64,000 bases of DNA from an uncultured Alphaproteobacteria bacterium. Lineage in GTDB: Bacteria > Pseudomonadota > Alphaproteobacteria > HIMB59. The position numbers and the translations under genes were made by a program. The number at the start of each line of letters is the position of its first letter. Positions within the stretch are counted from its first letter, which is position 1. This document shows, in pieces, positions 37,901 through 48,338 of the stretch. Location of the stretch: assembly GCA_902583235.1 (NCBI GenBank), contig CACHVL010000002.1:44435-108434 (forward strand), written 5' to 3'. The notes beneath the pieces are model-generated. The model did not search any database. It was not told the origin of the DNA and was given only the letters and a program-made list of their open reading frames with translations.

Positions 37901-39028
37901 TTAACCTATAAGGTAATACCAAAGATAAGCAATTATAATAGCAGGTATAGCACTATAAAGGGTAGCTACTATTGCGGCCCTCGCTGAAATTGCTATAGCA
38001 GGGAAAAGAGCATCTCCATCATTCGATATAGAATTACCTATTTGAGCTGACATAGGAATTTGTCCACTCACATACATTGATGTGATCATTATTTGAGGTC
38101 CACATCCAGGAATAAAACCAATTAATATAGCTAACAGCGGTACAAAAGGTCCAAATAATATCAAAGACTCAAATATTAAACCATTAGTCGACAAATCAAT
38201 TAATTCATAAATAACAAAAGAAATAATTACCCAAACTGTTACAAAACAAGTTGTGTCTACAACTTTTCTATAAGAGTTTTCATGAATTGAAGCCATTTGA
38301 ATATCAGTTAAAGGATTTAAAACCCATAATAAGACACAGTATATAGCTAAAATAAATGCCATCATTTCAATAAAATTAATCCCAAGAAAATTAAAACTTA
38401 AGTCAATATTAAAAGCATTTAACATCCCTAAGGCAAATCCAGGAGCTAAAAATAAAAACCAAATATTATAAAACTTATTAGATGTTTTATTTTTAGGTAG
38501 ATGTGTTGAATTTAAATTTTTATTAATTTTATTTTGTAAAAAATTTTTTGTAAAAGGTTGTGCTATATAACCTGAAATCATACCAACTATAAAAGTTACT
38601 GGGAGTATGATCAAAGCAGCTTGAGGCTTTGTTGCTATGAGTAGAAAAGCAGCATCACCCATCGTACTTATTAGTGCAGCAAGAACACCTCCAAAAGATA
38701 CTACTCTTCGGGTAAATAAACTCATTACCATAATTGCACCACCACACCCAGGTATTACACCTAATAAAGAGCAGATAGGAACCTCAAACTTTTTATTTTG
38801 TAAAATTAGTTTTTGTAAATTAAAATTTTTCTTTTCAAGAATAACAAATAAAAGAAGAGTTACTCCAACAAAGCTAGATACAGCAATGTAGGCATCACTT
38901 GAGGAAGAAATTAAAATACCTCTAGTTTCTTCAAAAAAAAGAAGAAGCAGAATGCATATAAAAAGAAATATTTTAGAAAATCGTAAATATTGAAATTTTC
39001 TACCTAATTGTATTACTAGTTCTGTCAT
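37901..39028 (-). CDS. mntX: Putative manganese transporter (MntX-type)
   Basis: Repeated PGCGG/PGCGP motifs, TMGDAAFL, SNDGDALFP; divergent from mntR with an operator. Confidence 0.8.
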   Translation of the reverse strand: MTELVIQLGRKFQYLRFSKIFLFICILLLLFFEETRGILISSSSDAYIAVSSFVGVTLLLFVILEKKNFNLQKLILQNKKFEVPICSLLGVIPGCGGAIMVMSLFTRRVVSFGGVLAALISTMGDAAFLLIATKPQAALIILPVTFIVGMISGYIAQPFTKNFLQNKINKNLNSTHLPKNKTSNKFYNIWFLFLAPGFALGMLNAFNIDLSFNFLGINFIEMMAFILAIYCVLLWVLNPLTDIQMASIHENSYRKVVDTTCFVTVWVIISFVIYELIDLSTNGLIFESLILFGPFVPLLAILIGFIPGCGPQIMITSMYVSGQIPMSAQIGNSISNDGDALFPAIAISARAAIVATLYSAIPAIIIAYLWYYLIG

Positions 39029-39032
39029 TATA

Positions 39033-39048
39033 TTTAGCCTAGGCTAAA
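39033..39048. promoter_or_regulatory. MntR operator
   Basis: Perfect palindrome TTTAGCCTAGGCTAAA (TAGC-N4-GCTA core) just downstream of minus-strand TTGACT-N16-TATATT (39077-39050). Confidence 0.8.
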
Positions 39049-39122
39049 CAATATAGATATAACTAAAAATTAGTCAAACAAATCTTTACTTTTTATAATT
39101 ATGCAAATAGATTTAATCAGCT

Positions 39123-39530
39123 ATGAAAAACACTAGATCTAGTGAGCCATACCAATTTTCAAATATTAGAAGTCAAAATAAAAATGAAATACTCGAAGAT
39201 TATGTTGAAGCTATTCAAGAGATTTTACAAAATAAAGGCGATGTTAAAAATGCTGATCTTGCTCAACATTTTGGTGTATCGCAAGCCACTGTTAATAAAA
39301 ATTTAAAGCGTTTAATAAACTTTAAATTGGCAAAATCTGAACCTTACAGATCAATATTTTTAACAGAAGAGGGAGAAAAATTAGCAACTCAGTCGAAAGA
39401 AAAACATGAAATTGTTTATAATTTTTTAATTAAGTTAGGTGTTTCTAGAAAGACTGCAGAAAATGATAGTGAAGGCATAGAACACCACGTTAGTGATGAA
39501 ACACTAAAGCTCATGAAAAAATTTAAATAA
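39123..39530 (+). CDS. mntR: Manganese-dependent repressor (DtxR/MntR family)
   Basis: EDYVEAI, HTH GVSQATV, H...FL, DSEGIEHHVS. Confidence 0.92.
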   Translation: MKNTRSSEPYQFSNIRSQNKNEILEDYVEAIQEILQNKGDVKNADLAQHFGVSQATVNKNLKRLINFKLAKSEPYRSIFLTEEGEKLATQSKEKHEIVYNFLIKLGVSRKTAENDSEGIEHHVSDETLKLMKKFK

Positions 39531-41099
39531 CTATTTTTTCGTTTTTAATAACATTCTTTTTTCCAATACATTATCAAACAAATAAATTATGAAGGATAGA
39601 AAGCAAATAATTGTTAAGGCATGTAAGCTGCCATACTCAAACATTTCATTTGATGAGTATTCATATAGGCTTGTCGCAAGTGTATCAAAGTTAAAGGGTC
39701 TAAGTAATAAAGTAATTGGTAACTCTTTTACCGTATCAACAAAAACTAAAAAAAATCCTGCCAAAATACTTAACTTAACCTGAGGTAGTATAATTCGAAA
39801 ATATGTTGTTGATGATCTTCTCCCAATTAATCTTGATGCGTCATCAATTGATTTACCAATTTTTTCCATTCCAGAATCTAAGGAATTGTTTGATAGAGCA
39901 ATTAGTCTAATTGTTAAGGCTAAAGACAAGCCAAGTAATGTCGTAGATAGTGAAAGAGCTGTCAAGCGATCAAAGTAGAATAAAAAGAAGAGCACTCCTA
40001 AGGCTATAACCACACCAGGTATTGCATAACCGATGTTTACTATTTTTTTATAATATAAAATATAATTGTTATTTGTGAATCTTGAGTAATAGCTAATGAA
40101 AATTGATATTATTGTACATACAACTCCAGCAATAATTCCTAAGAGGATTGAATTATATAAAGAGAAAAAATAGTTATTAAAATCAATAAAATTCATATTA
40201 TTAAAAAATGTATAAATTACAAAAATGAAGGGTAAAACAAAGCCAAATAAAATTGGTAAAACACCAATAATTAATACAAATATTCCCATAAATTTTCCCA
40301 GCTTATATTTTGACCACTGAACATTTTCATAACTAATATTATGAAACTTTCTTTTTCCTCTTATTTTCTGTTCAAAAAAATATAATAAACCCATCAGTAA
40401 AATAATAATTAAGGCCAAAAGAAAAGCCAAAGGTAAGTCATTTAAAATTGCGATATAATGAAAAACTCCAACTGATAGAGTTTGTAAGCCAAAAAAATCT
40501 GCAACTCCAAAATCATTTACAGTTTCCATTAAAACCAACGCTAAACCTGCAGCTATTCCAGGTAAGGCCATAGGCAAACCAATTTTAAAGAAACATTGAT
40601 ATGGGTTTTTTCCAAGAGTCTTTGCAGCTTCGATATACCTTGTTGAAAAGTTTATAATTGCAATTCTGGTTAAGATATAAACATAAGGAAAAAAAGATAA
40701 AGATATAATTAGAGAGGCTATTAAACTATTTCTAATAGAGTAACCATCATAGAATAAAAATTTTAAAGAAATAAACCCTCCTGGTTCTAAAATTTCAGCA
40801 TAAGTATATGCTGAGATATAAGCTGGAACAGCTAGTGGCAATATAGCTAGTATCTGTAAAATTTTTCGTCCCCAAAATTCAGTCATAGTAATGACCCATG
40901 CTAATGGAACACTTATTACTGTTACAAAAATACTTACCATTAATATAAGTTTTGTAGATCCGATCAAATATCTATTTATATATAGATCTTTTGTTAAAAA
41001 AACTGCACCTAGACCATTTGATATAACTAAGGCAATAGGGGTTAGTAGTAAGAAACTGATTATTAAAAAGAAAATTAATTTAAATAAGTTTATTTTCAT
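39531..41099 (-). CDS. Fe(III) ABC transporter permease (FbpB/SfuB-like)
   Basis: Duplicated permease: LPLAVPAY, LMETVNDFG, GYAIPG, KELP.T..LRPFNFDTLA. Confidence 0.88.
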   Translation of the reverse strand: MKINLFKLIFFLIISFLLLTPIALVISNGLGAVFLTKDLYINRYLIGSTKLILMVSIFVTVISVPLAWVITMTEFWGRKILQILAILPLAVPAYISAYTYAEILEPGGFISLKFLFYDGYSIRNSLIASLIISLSFFPYVYILTRIAIINFSTRYIEAAKTLGKNPYQCFFKIGLPMALPGIAAGLALVLMETVNDFGVADFFGLQTLSVGVFHYIAILNDLPLAFLLALIIILLMGLLYFFEQKIRGKRKFHNISYENVQWSKYKLGKFMGIFVLIIGVLPILFGFVLPFIFVIYTFFNNMNFIDFNNYFFSLYNSILLGIIAGVVCTIISIFISYYSRFTNNNYILYYKKIVNIGYAIPGVVIALGVLFFLFYFDRLTALSLSTTLLGLSLALTIRLIALSNNSLDSGMEKIGKSIDDASRLIGRRSSTTYFRIILPQVKLSILAGFFLVFVDTVKELPITLLLRPFNFDTLATSLYEYSSNEMFEYGSLHALTIICFLSFIIYLFDNVLEKRMLLKTKK

Positions 41100-41692
41100 A
41101 AAATTATAAAAAATACACAACCTAATAATAACACAGCCATAACCCTATTAAAAAAAATAATCTTTCTTTTATCATTTAGATATTTTCGAAATGAATGACC
41201 GATTGCTGCCCAAACTATAGCACTAGTAGATGTTGAAATTGTAAAACAGATAAATATTAAAACAAACTCTTCTAAATACGTGAATTTGTTTTGAATAAAT
41301 ATTGCAGAGCTCGACATAGAGACTGATACAGCTTTGGGATTAATTAACTGAAAAAAGTAAATATCTTTGAATGTAAATCTTTTTTTATTACTATTATCTG
41401 AAAATTCACTTGAATTAAAAATTTTATAGGCAAGATAAGTTAAGAAGACTGTTGCGACTATTTTTATGAAGGTCTTAAAATTAGGAAAACTCTCATAAAC
41501 CTCCCCTATACCCAACAAACAAAGACTTAAAACTGACAAAAACCCAAAAAAGACTCCCAATATCAAGGGTATTGTTTCTTTAAAACCATAATTCACAGCA
41601 TTAGTAGAAAGAATTATGTTATTAGGTCCTGGTGTAATGGCTGCAGTCATTGCAAAAGTTAGTATAGGCGCCATAAAATAAATGTATTCCAA
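41096..41692 (-). CDS. LysE-family translocator
   Basis: ITPGPNN, YLAYKI, FQLINPKA. Confidence 0.88.
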   Translation of the reverse strand: MEYIYFMAPILTFAMTAAITPGPNNIILSTNAVNYGFKETIPLILGVFFGFLSVLSLCLLGIGEVYESFPNFKTFIKIVATVFLTYLAYKIFNSSEFSDNSNKKRFTFKDIYFFQLINPKAVSVSMSSSAIFIQNKFTYLEEFVLIFICFTISTSTSAIVWAAIGHSFRKYLNDKRKIIFFNRVMAVLLLGCVFFIIL

Positions 41693-41789
41693 AGTATCGA
41701 GATATTATTCTTAAATTTAAATAAATACACAATTAGTTATCAATTTGCCTAATTTAACTTAATAATATAAGTAAATAAGATTATTTTAA

Positions 41790-41875
41790 GGCGTTGTGGC
41801 GGAATGGTAGACGCGCCGGATTCAAAATCCGGTGAGGGCAACTTCGTGAGAGTTCGAGTCTCTCCAGCGCTACCA
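41790..41875 (+). tRNA. tRNA-Leu(CAA)
   Basis: GGCGTTG/CAGCGCT-A-CCA acceptor stem; CCGGA-ttCAAaa-TCCGG anticodon arm; long variable arm; GTTCGAGTC T-loop. Confidence 0.97.
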
Positions 41876-41890
41876 CTAATAAATTAAAAA

Positions 41891-42352
41891 ATGAAAAATT
41901 TAACTTCAGTTTTCTCACTTTTCTCTACGGGTATTACAATTGTAACAAATGGTACAAATAAAAAACAATTTTTTGGATGCACGGTAAATTCTTTCTCAAG
42001 TCTATCTCTAAAACCTCCAAAATTTTTATTTTGTCTTGGAAATGAGAACTTGAATTTAAAAACTTTTAAATTAAATAGTCCTTTAAATGTGAATTTTTTA
42101 GCTAAATCTCAACTTAAATTATCTAATAAATTTGCAGGACCATTGGAAAATAGATGGAAGGATACAAAATATAATATTTCAAGAAATAAAGTCCCTTACT
42201 TTCCTGAGTCCTTAGGTTTAATTGAGGCAAAAGTTGAAAAAAAAATTAAATCTGGAGATCACACTATAATTATTTGTTTAATCACAAACTATATGAAATT
42301 GAACACAAAAAAACCTCTCATATACTATAAGAGCAAATATCATTCTATTTAA
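41891..42352 (+). CDS. Flavin reductase-like protein
   Basis: F.TGITIVT, TVNSFSSLSLKPP, GDHTI, PLIY. Confidence 0.88.
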   Translation: MKNLTSVFSLFSTGITIVTNGTNKKQFFGCTVNSFSSLSLKPPKFLFCLGNENLNLKTFKLNSPLNVNFLAKSQLKLSNKFAGPLENRWKDTKYNISRNKVPYFPESLGLIEAKVEKKIKSGDHTIIICLITNYMKLNTKKPLIYYKSKYHSI

Positions 42353-42360
42353 TACTTATT

Positions 42361-43296
42361 ATGAAATATTTAAGTAATAGTTTCGATCAAATTAATATTG
42401 ATGAAAAATTATGTTTAACAATAGGTAATTTTGATGGAATTCACAAGGGTCACAGAGAAATAATTAAGAATTTAATAAAGCAAACTAAAACATCTAATTT
42501 AAAATCTGCAATTTTATCATTCACACCTCATCCAAAAATTTATTTTAATAAACAAAAAAATTTTATGATTAATTCCCAATCAAAAAAAAAAGAGATACTT
42601 AAAGACCTAGGTTTAGACTATTTAATTGATTTACACTTTAATGATAAATTTACTCAATTGAGTCACAATGAGTTTGAGGACAAAATCTTATTAGAAAAAC
42701 TTAATTCTAAGAGAATTTTAATAGGTAAAGACTTCCAATACGGTAACCAAAGAAAAGGAAACATAGATACACTTAAAATATTTTGTGAAAAAAATAAAAT
42801 TGAATTAGAAGAAATTGGATTAATTCTTAATGATCACAATAGTAACAAAATATCCTCGAGTGCAATTAGAGAAAATCTTAAATCTGGTAAATTCGAATTA
42901 GCTAATAAGGATTTAGAAAGAAATTTCAGCGTTGCCGGTAAAGTTATAAAAGGAGATCAGAGAGGTCGAACAATAGGCATTCCTACTGCTAATTTAGAGT
43001 ACCCATTAAATACAATTACTATTCCATATGGAGTCTATGCAGTTGAAACTATAATTGAGGAAAATACTTATTTTGGTATTGTTAATTTTGGTATTAGACC
43101 GACCTTTAATAAAGATAAACCAATTGTTGAAGCTTATTTATTTGATTTTGATAACGATATTTATGATAAAGATATAGAAATATTATTTCATAAACAAATT
43201 CGACAAGAGAAAAAATTTAATGATATAAAAGAATTATTAAATCAAATTAACATAGATATCGCTGAAGCTAAGAAAATATTAAAATATGGAAATTAA
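42361..43296 (+). CDS. ribF: Bifunctional riboflavin kinase/FAD synthetase
   Basis: GNFDGIHKGH, ISSS.IR, GRTIGIPTAN, G.RPTF. Confidence 0.95.
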   Translation: MKYLSNSFDQINIDEKLCLTIGNFDGIHKGHREIIKNLIKQTKTSNLKSAILSFTPHPKIYFNKQKNFMINSQSKKKEILKDLGLDYLIDLHFNDKFTQLSHNEFEDKILLEKLNSKRILIGKDFQYGNQRKGNIDTLKIFCEKNKIELEEIGLILNDHNSNKISSSAIRENLKSGKFELANKDLERNFSVAGKVIKGDQRGRTIGIPTANLEYPLNTITIPYGVYAVETIIEENTYFGIVNFGIRPTFNKDKPIVEAYLFDFDNDIYDKDIEILFHKQIRQEKKFNDIKELLNQINIDIAEAKKILKYGN

Positions 43297-46066
43297 AGAC
43301 TCTATTACTCTACCTAAGACTGAATTTTCTATGAAAGCTGATTTGCCCAAGAAAGAACCAGATATCCTCAATAATTGGATCAAAAATGATATATATAAAA
43401 AGTTAAGAGAACAGTCAGCTTCTAAAGAGAAATTTATTCTTCATGATGGACCACCTTATGCTAATGGACATCTGCACATGGGCCATGCACTTAATAAAAT
43501 CTTAAAAGATATAATTGTAAAATACCAACAACTTCTTAATAAAAATTCTATTTATGTCCCTGGATGGGATTGTCATGGACTGCCTATCGAATGGAAAATT
43601 GAGGAGGAATACAGAGCTAAAAAGAAAAACAAAGATGATGTTCCTGTTATTGAATTTAGAAAACAATGCAGAGACTTTGCAAGAAAGTGGATATCTACTC
43701 AAAAAAAAGAATTCCAAAGATTGGGAGTGATTGGTGATTGGGATAATCCCTACACAACTATGCATTTTCATGCGGAGGCCCAAATAGTAAGAGAATTAGG
43801 AAAGTTTCTTAAAAATGGCGGAATCTATAAAGGTCACAGACCAGTTTTATGGTCTGTAGTTGAAAAAACAGCTCTTGCAGATGCAGAAGTTGAGTATCAT
43901 GATCATAAATCAACAACTATATATGCATGTTTTCCAATTTCAAAAACTGATAACGATAAATTAAAAGGCCACTCAATTGTTATTTGGACAACTACTCCGT
44001 GGACAATACCAGGCAACAGAGCTTTAGCTATTCATAACGAAATTGAATACAAATCTTTGAGTTTTAAAAATGACGACAAAAATAAAAATATAATTATTGC
44101 TAGTGAATTGATTGAAACATTTATCAAAGAAAATAGCATTGAGAATTTTAAAGTTAATTTTTCTATAAAAGGTTATGAGTTAACAAATACTCTTTGTAAA
44201 CACACATTATATGACTCTGGTTATGATTTTGAAGTTCCAGTTCTTCATGGGGACTTTGTAAATACCGAACAAGGGACGGGCATAGTACACATTTGCCCAG
44301 TCCATGGAATGGATGATTTTATTTTGGGTAAAAAACATGATTTAGAATTACCAATGACTATAAATGAAAGTGGGATATATTATGATCATATTCCTGTATT
44401 TAATGGTCAACATATATTTAAAGTTGATCAAAATGTTTGTGACGAAATTAAAAAAAATAATAATTTAATATCGCAGGGAATATTAGTTCATAGTTATCCT
44501 CATTCTTGGAGATCAAAAGCTCCTTTAGTTTATAAAAATACTTCTCAGTGGTTTATTTCAATGGAGACTAATGACTTAAGAATAAAAGCACTTAAGGCTA
44601 TTGATGAAACTGATTTTTTCCCTAAACAAGGACAAAAAAGATTAAGAAGTATGATTCAAGATCGTCCAGATTGGTGCGTATCAAGACAGAGAGTTTGGGG
44701 AGTGCCTTTACCAATATTTGTGAATAAAAAAACAGGAGAACCTTTGCGCGATCAAAATGTTATTGAAAAAATTGCAAAGATTTATGAGGAAGAGGGCGGC
44801 GATGCTTGGTTTAATTCCGAAGCTTCAAGATTTTTATCTCCTCAGTATGACCCTAATGAATTTGAACAGGTAAAAGATGTTGTGGAAGTTTGGTTTGATA
44901 GTGGCTCAACTCACTCTTATGTACTAGAGGCGAGAGAAGATCTTCATTGGCCAGCTTCCATGTATCTTGAAGGCTCAGATCAACACAGAGGCTGGTTTCA
45001 CTCATCCTTGCTTGAGTCTTGTGGAACAAGAGATAGGGCACCTTTTGAGAGTATTTTATCTCATGGCTTTGTTGTAGATGGTAAAGGTAGAAAGATGTCT
45101 AAGTCCATCGGGAATGTAATTTCTCCCGATGAAATAATCAATAAATATGGCGCAGATATTTTAAGGATTTGGGTTGTTGCTTCAGATTATTCTGAGGATT
45201 TAAAGATTGATAATCAAATTATCAGTTATCAAATAGACTCATATAGAAAAATTAGAAATACATTAAGATTTCTTTTAGGAAATCTTAATAACTTTAATAA
45301 TCAAGATTTTATAAAACCAGAGCAAATGCCCGAATTAGAAAGGTATCTTTTAACAAGAATTTCGAACCTAAATCATACTCTCAAAGATTTAGTATCAAAA
45401 CACGATTATCATAGTATTTACACTGTATTATTAAATTTCTGCACCCTTGAATTATCTGCATTGTATTTTGATATTAGAAAAGACTCTTTATATTGTGATG
45501 ATATAAAAAGTTTAAAAAGAAGATCAACTTCGACATGCCTGCATATTATATTTGAGTTTTTAACAAAATGGCTCTCCCCCATTGTTTCATTCACGTGTGA
45601 GGAAGCATGGAATTCTAGAAATTATGGTGATAAAGAGAGTATCTTGTTACAAAATATTAAAGAAGAGGAATTCACCTATAAAGATACTTCTTTATTAGGA
45701 GTTTTTGATGAATTAAAAAGAGTTAGAAAAAGTGTAACTTCAGCTTTGGAGCTAAAAAGAAATGAAAAATTAATTGGCTCTAGCCTTCAAGCCAAGGTAA
45801 TTTTATTTTTACCTCAAAATACAATACAGGCCATTGAAGATTTAGATTTAGCAGAGATGTGCATTGTTAGTAATGTTGAAATTCAAGATATTTCAAACAA
45901 GTCAGAAGAATCAATCAAATTTGATGATGAAGATATTTATGTAGAGATAAAATTAGCTGATGGGAAAAAATGTGAAAGATGTTGGACTGTTCTAAAAGAA
46001 GTATCCTCTAATAAAAATAATTTATGTAATAGATGTGAAGATGTTTGGAACTCTTTTCAAAAATAA
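43286..46066 (+). CDS. ileS: Isoleucine-tRNA ligase
   Basis: HDGPPYANG, HMGH, GWDCHGLPIE, WTTTPWT, KMSKS, CERC zinc finger. Confidence 0.98.
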   Translation: MEIKDSITLPKTEFSMKADLPKKEPDILNNWIKNDIYKKLREQSASKEKFILHDGPPYANGHLHMGHALNKILKDIIVKYQQLLNKNSIYVPGWDCHGLPIEWKIEEEYRAKKKNKDDVPVIEFRKQCRDFARKWISTQKKEFQRLGVIGDWDNPYTTMHFHAEAQIVRELGKFLKNGGIYKGHRPVLWSVVEKTALADAEVEYHDHKSTTIYACFPISKTDNDKLKGHSIVIWTTTPWTIPGNRALAIHNEIEYKSLSFKNDDKNKNIIIASELIETFIKENSIENFKVNFSIKGYELTNTLCKHTLYDSGYDFEVPVLHGDFVNTEQGTGIVHICPVHGMDDFILGKKHDLELPMTINESGIYYDHIPVFNGQHIFKVDQNVCDEIKKNNNLISQGILVHSYPHSWRSKAPLVYKNTSQWFISMETNDLRIKALKAIDETDFFPKQGQKRLRSMIQDRPDWCVSRQRVWGVPLPIFVNKKTGEPLRDQNVIEKIAKIYEEEGGDAWFNSEASRFLSPQYDPNEFEQVKDVVEVWFDSGSTHSYVLEAREDLHWPASMYLEGSDQHRGWFHSSLLESCGTRDRAPFESILSHGFVVDGKGRKMSKSIGNVISPDEIINKYGADILRIWVVASDYSEDLKIDNQIISYQIDSYRKIRNTLRFLLGNLNNFNNQDFIKPEQMPELERYLLTRISNLNHTLKDLVSKHDYHSIYTVLLNFCTLELSALYFDIRKDSLYCDDIKSLKRRSTSTCLHIIFEFLTKWLSPIVSFTCEEAWNSRNYGDKESILLQNIKEEEFTYKDTSLLGVFDELKRVRKSVTSALELKRNEKLIGSSLQAKVILFLPQNTIQAIEDLDLAEMCIVSNVEIQDISNKSEESIKFDDEDIYVEIKLADGKKCERCWTVLKEVSSNKNNLCNRCEDVWNSFQK

Positions 46067-46526
46067 ATTTAATTTAACTTTATTTTTTTTGTTTCTAACA
46101 CTTGTTATTTTAGACCAGTTTACTAAGGCATTAGTTATCAATTTTTTCAATCTTTATGACTCAGTAGCTTTGTTGCCTATGATTAATTTAACATTTGTTG
46201 TGAATTATGGTTTTGCCTTTGGATTATTTAATAACCCATCTCTAAATCAAATATTAGTTTCATTAGTGATTTTTGCAATTATCATATATTTTTTATATTT
46301 ACTTATAAAAACACAAGATAAAATTTTTCAATTAACTCTAACTTTAATTTTAGCTGGAGCATTAGGTAACTTTATAGATAGGATATTTAGGGGTTTTGTT
46401 ATTGACTTTATTGACATATATATAGGTAAATATCACTGGCCAGCATTTAATATTGCTGATAGCTGTATTACTGTGGGGTTTTTAGTATTAATGATAAATA
46501 TTTTATTTTTAAATAAAAAATTATGA
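46035..46526 (+). CDS. lspA: Lipoprotein signal peptidase
   Basis: DQFTK, N.G.AFG, GALGNFIDR, VIDFI, WPAFNIAD. Confidence 0.95.
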   Translation: MKMFGTLFKNKFNLTLFFLFLTLVILDQFTKALVINFFNLYDSVALLPMINLTFVVNYGFAFGLFNNPSLNQILVSLVIFAIIIYFLYLLIKTQDKIFQLTLTLILAGALGNFIDRIFRGFVIDFIDIYIGKYHWPAFNIADSCITVGFLVLMINILFLNKKL

Positions 46527-46852
46527 AGAGTGTTTTTTTAGTTTTATTAGTCTTCCTAATATCTTGTCAGAGAGAAATAAGAAACGAAGTTGGTGTAGGA
46601 TATAATAAAGAGCTTATTATACCTCCAACAAATGATTTACCTCTGCCAAATAGCACAGGAGATAATATATCTAATTCTCAAATTTCAAGTAATCCGGTAA
46701 TAGACTCAATTCTTAATGAGACAAAAGCCAACGAGGCAAATCCAAATATAATTGATGAAATTGACTCCGGAAACGAGCTTGAAACGGATGCGAGTGACAT
46801 TGAACCAAAAGGCAATTTTTTTCAACGTCTTTTCAAAGGTAAAAAAAAGTAA
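46523..46852 (+). CDS. Lipoprotein (DUF3035-like position after lspA)
   Basis: Lipobox LISC; LIIPP...LP.P motif. Confidence 0.6.
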   Translation: MKSVFLVLLVFLISCQREIRNEVGVGYNKELIIPPTNDLPLPNSTGDNISNSQISSNPVIDSILNETKANEANPNIIDEIDSGNELETDASDIEPKGNFFQRLFKGKKK

Positions 46853-46885
46853 AAGCTAAATTATCATTATATAGATTCAAATATC

Positions 46886-48043
46886 ATGAAAATCAAAAAT
46901 AATTCTAAAAATTTAACATATATTAAACAAAAAAATATTAATTATTCCATTAATGAATTCTTTTCATTAGATATGTTTAATCCAATTAAACAGAGAAGTT
47001 ATTTTGATAAATATGACCTAAGTATATTTAAAAAAAAAAAATTTAGAACTCATGTATTTGGTATGGGCGGATCGTCATTAAGTACTAAATTACTTGCTCA
47101 GTTTCTCGATCCTTATAGCCTTAGTAAAAATCTTTTTATTTATGATAACCCATCACCTGTTATAATTAAAAATGCACTATTAGATTTAAATATAGATAAA
47201 AATGATAAATTTATATTTATTTCGAAATCGGGCAACACAATTGAAACAAAATATTTTCTTAGTTTAACTATTAAAATATTTAAACAAAAAAAAATTTCAA
47301 AGCTTGTAAGGGACTTTATTTTTATTACTGAGGATAAAAATAATTACATGAGAATTTTTGCAAAAAAAAATAATATTCTATGTTTTGATCATGACCCAAA
47401 CATAGGTGGAAGATTTAGTATATTTTCAATAACCTCACTCCTCCCTTTAATATCAATAGGTTATTCATTACCAAAAATAATAAAATCGTTCATAGAAGCT
47501 AAAAAATTATTTGAGAAAAACCATAGAGACCTATCAAAGTACACATTGTATTCAATTGCATATGAAAAAAAATTTAATCTAAACATTCTTATTGGCCTAA
47601 GTTATCACGATAAAATTAATGCTGTTAATGAGTGGTATAGGCAAATTTTTGCTGAGAGTTTAGGTAAAAATAAGAATGCTAAAAACTATATTTCGTCTTA
47701 TGGATCTATAGATCAACATAGTCAATTTCAACTCTACATTGATGGTCCATATGATAAACACTTTAATTTTTTTAAAATTAAAAATAATAATAAAGCAGTA
47801 AATTCTAATGCTAGTCTAATCAAGGGTTATAATTTAATGAGCACTTTAGAAAATGGTGCTATAAAAACGCTACAACAAAAAAAATTTTTAGTAACACAGA
47901 TTTCAATAGATGATAATTTCAACAGCTATTGCTATTTGTTGTTTTATCTAATATTTGACATTTATTTAAGATCAAAATTTGAGAAAATTAATTTTTTAGA
48001 TCAACCAGCTGTTGAAATTCTTAAGAAAAATACGAAAGCATAA
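46886..48043 (+). CDS. pgi: Glucose-6-phosphate isomerase (short, divergent)
   Basis: GMGGS, SKSGNTIE, GGRFS, Q..AESLGK, DQHS..Q, DQPAVE..K. Confidence 0.85.
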   Translation: MKIKNNSKNLTYIKQKNINYSINEFFSLDMFNPIKQRSYFDKYDLSIFKKKKFRTHVFGMGGSSLSTKLLAQFLDPYSLSKNLFIYDNPSPVIIKNALLDLNIDKNDKFIFISKSGNTIETKYFLSLTIKIFKQKKISKLVRDFIFITEDKNNYMRIFAKKNNILCFDHDPNIGGRFSIFSITSLLPLISIGYSLPKIIKSFIEAKKLFEKNHRDLSKYTLYSIAYEKKFNLNILIGLSYHDKINAVNEWYRQIFAESLGKNKNAKNYISSYGSIDQHSQFQLYIDGPYDKHFNFFKIKNNNKAVNSNASLIKGYNLMSTLENGAIKTLQQKKFLVTQISIDDNFNSYCYLLFYLIFDIYLRSKFEKINFLDQPAVEILKKNTKA

Positions 48044-48338
48044 ATTGATAAATAATTTAATAATTTTTTTTGGTGCTAATTCTAAATTACATCTATTAAA
48101 AATATTTATTATTTTTGGATTAGCAGGTTCTCTTTCAGTTATTTTATCTGATCCATTACTTGAATTGGTTTCAATAGAAAATTTTATTTCTAATAAGTTT
48201 TTGTATTGGGTAATAAGATTAATATTAATTTTTCCTATTTATCAATTTGTACTGATTGCTATAGCTTTAGTTTTTGGAGAATTTAGTTACTTTAAAAAGT
48301 TTTTTATAAAATTCATTAATTATTTTAAAATAAATTAA
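48012..48338 (+). CDS. Conserved membrane hypothetical protein
   Basis: IF.IFGLAGS, PIYQ..L......FGEF.YF pattern. Confidence 0.6.
   Translation: MKFLRKIRKHKLINNLIIFFGANSKLHLLKIFIIFGLAGSLSVILSDPLLELVSIENFISNKFLYWVIRLILIFPIYQFVLIAIALVFGEFSYFKKFFIKFINYFKIN

Noticed and set aside
41790-41890. tRNA-Leu as an integration site
   Set aside because: It is followed within 15 bp by core genes, and no partial repeat was seen in the window
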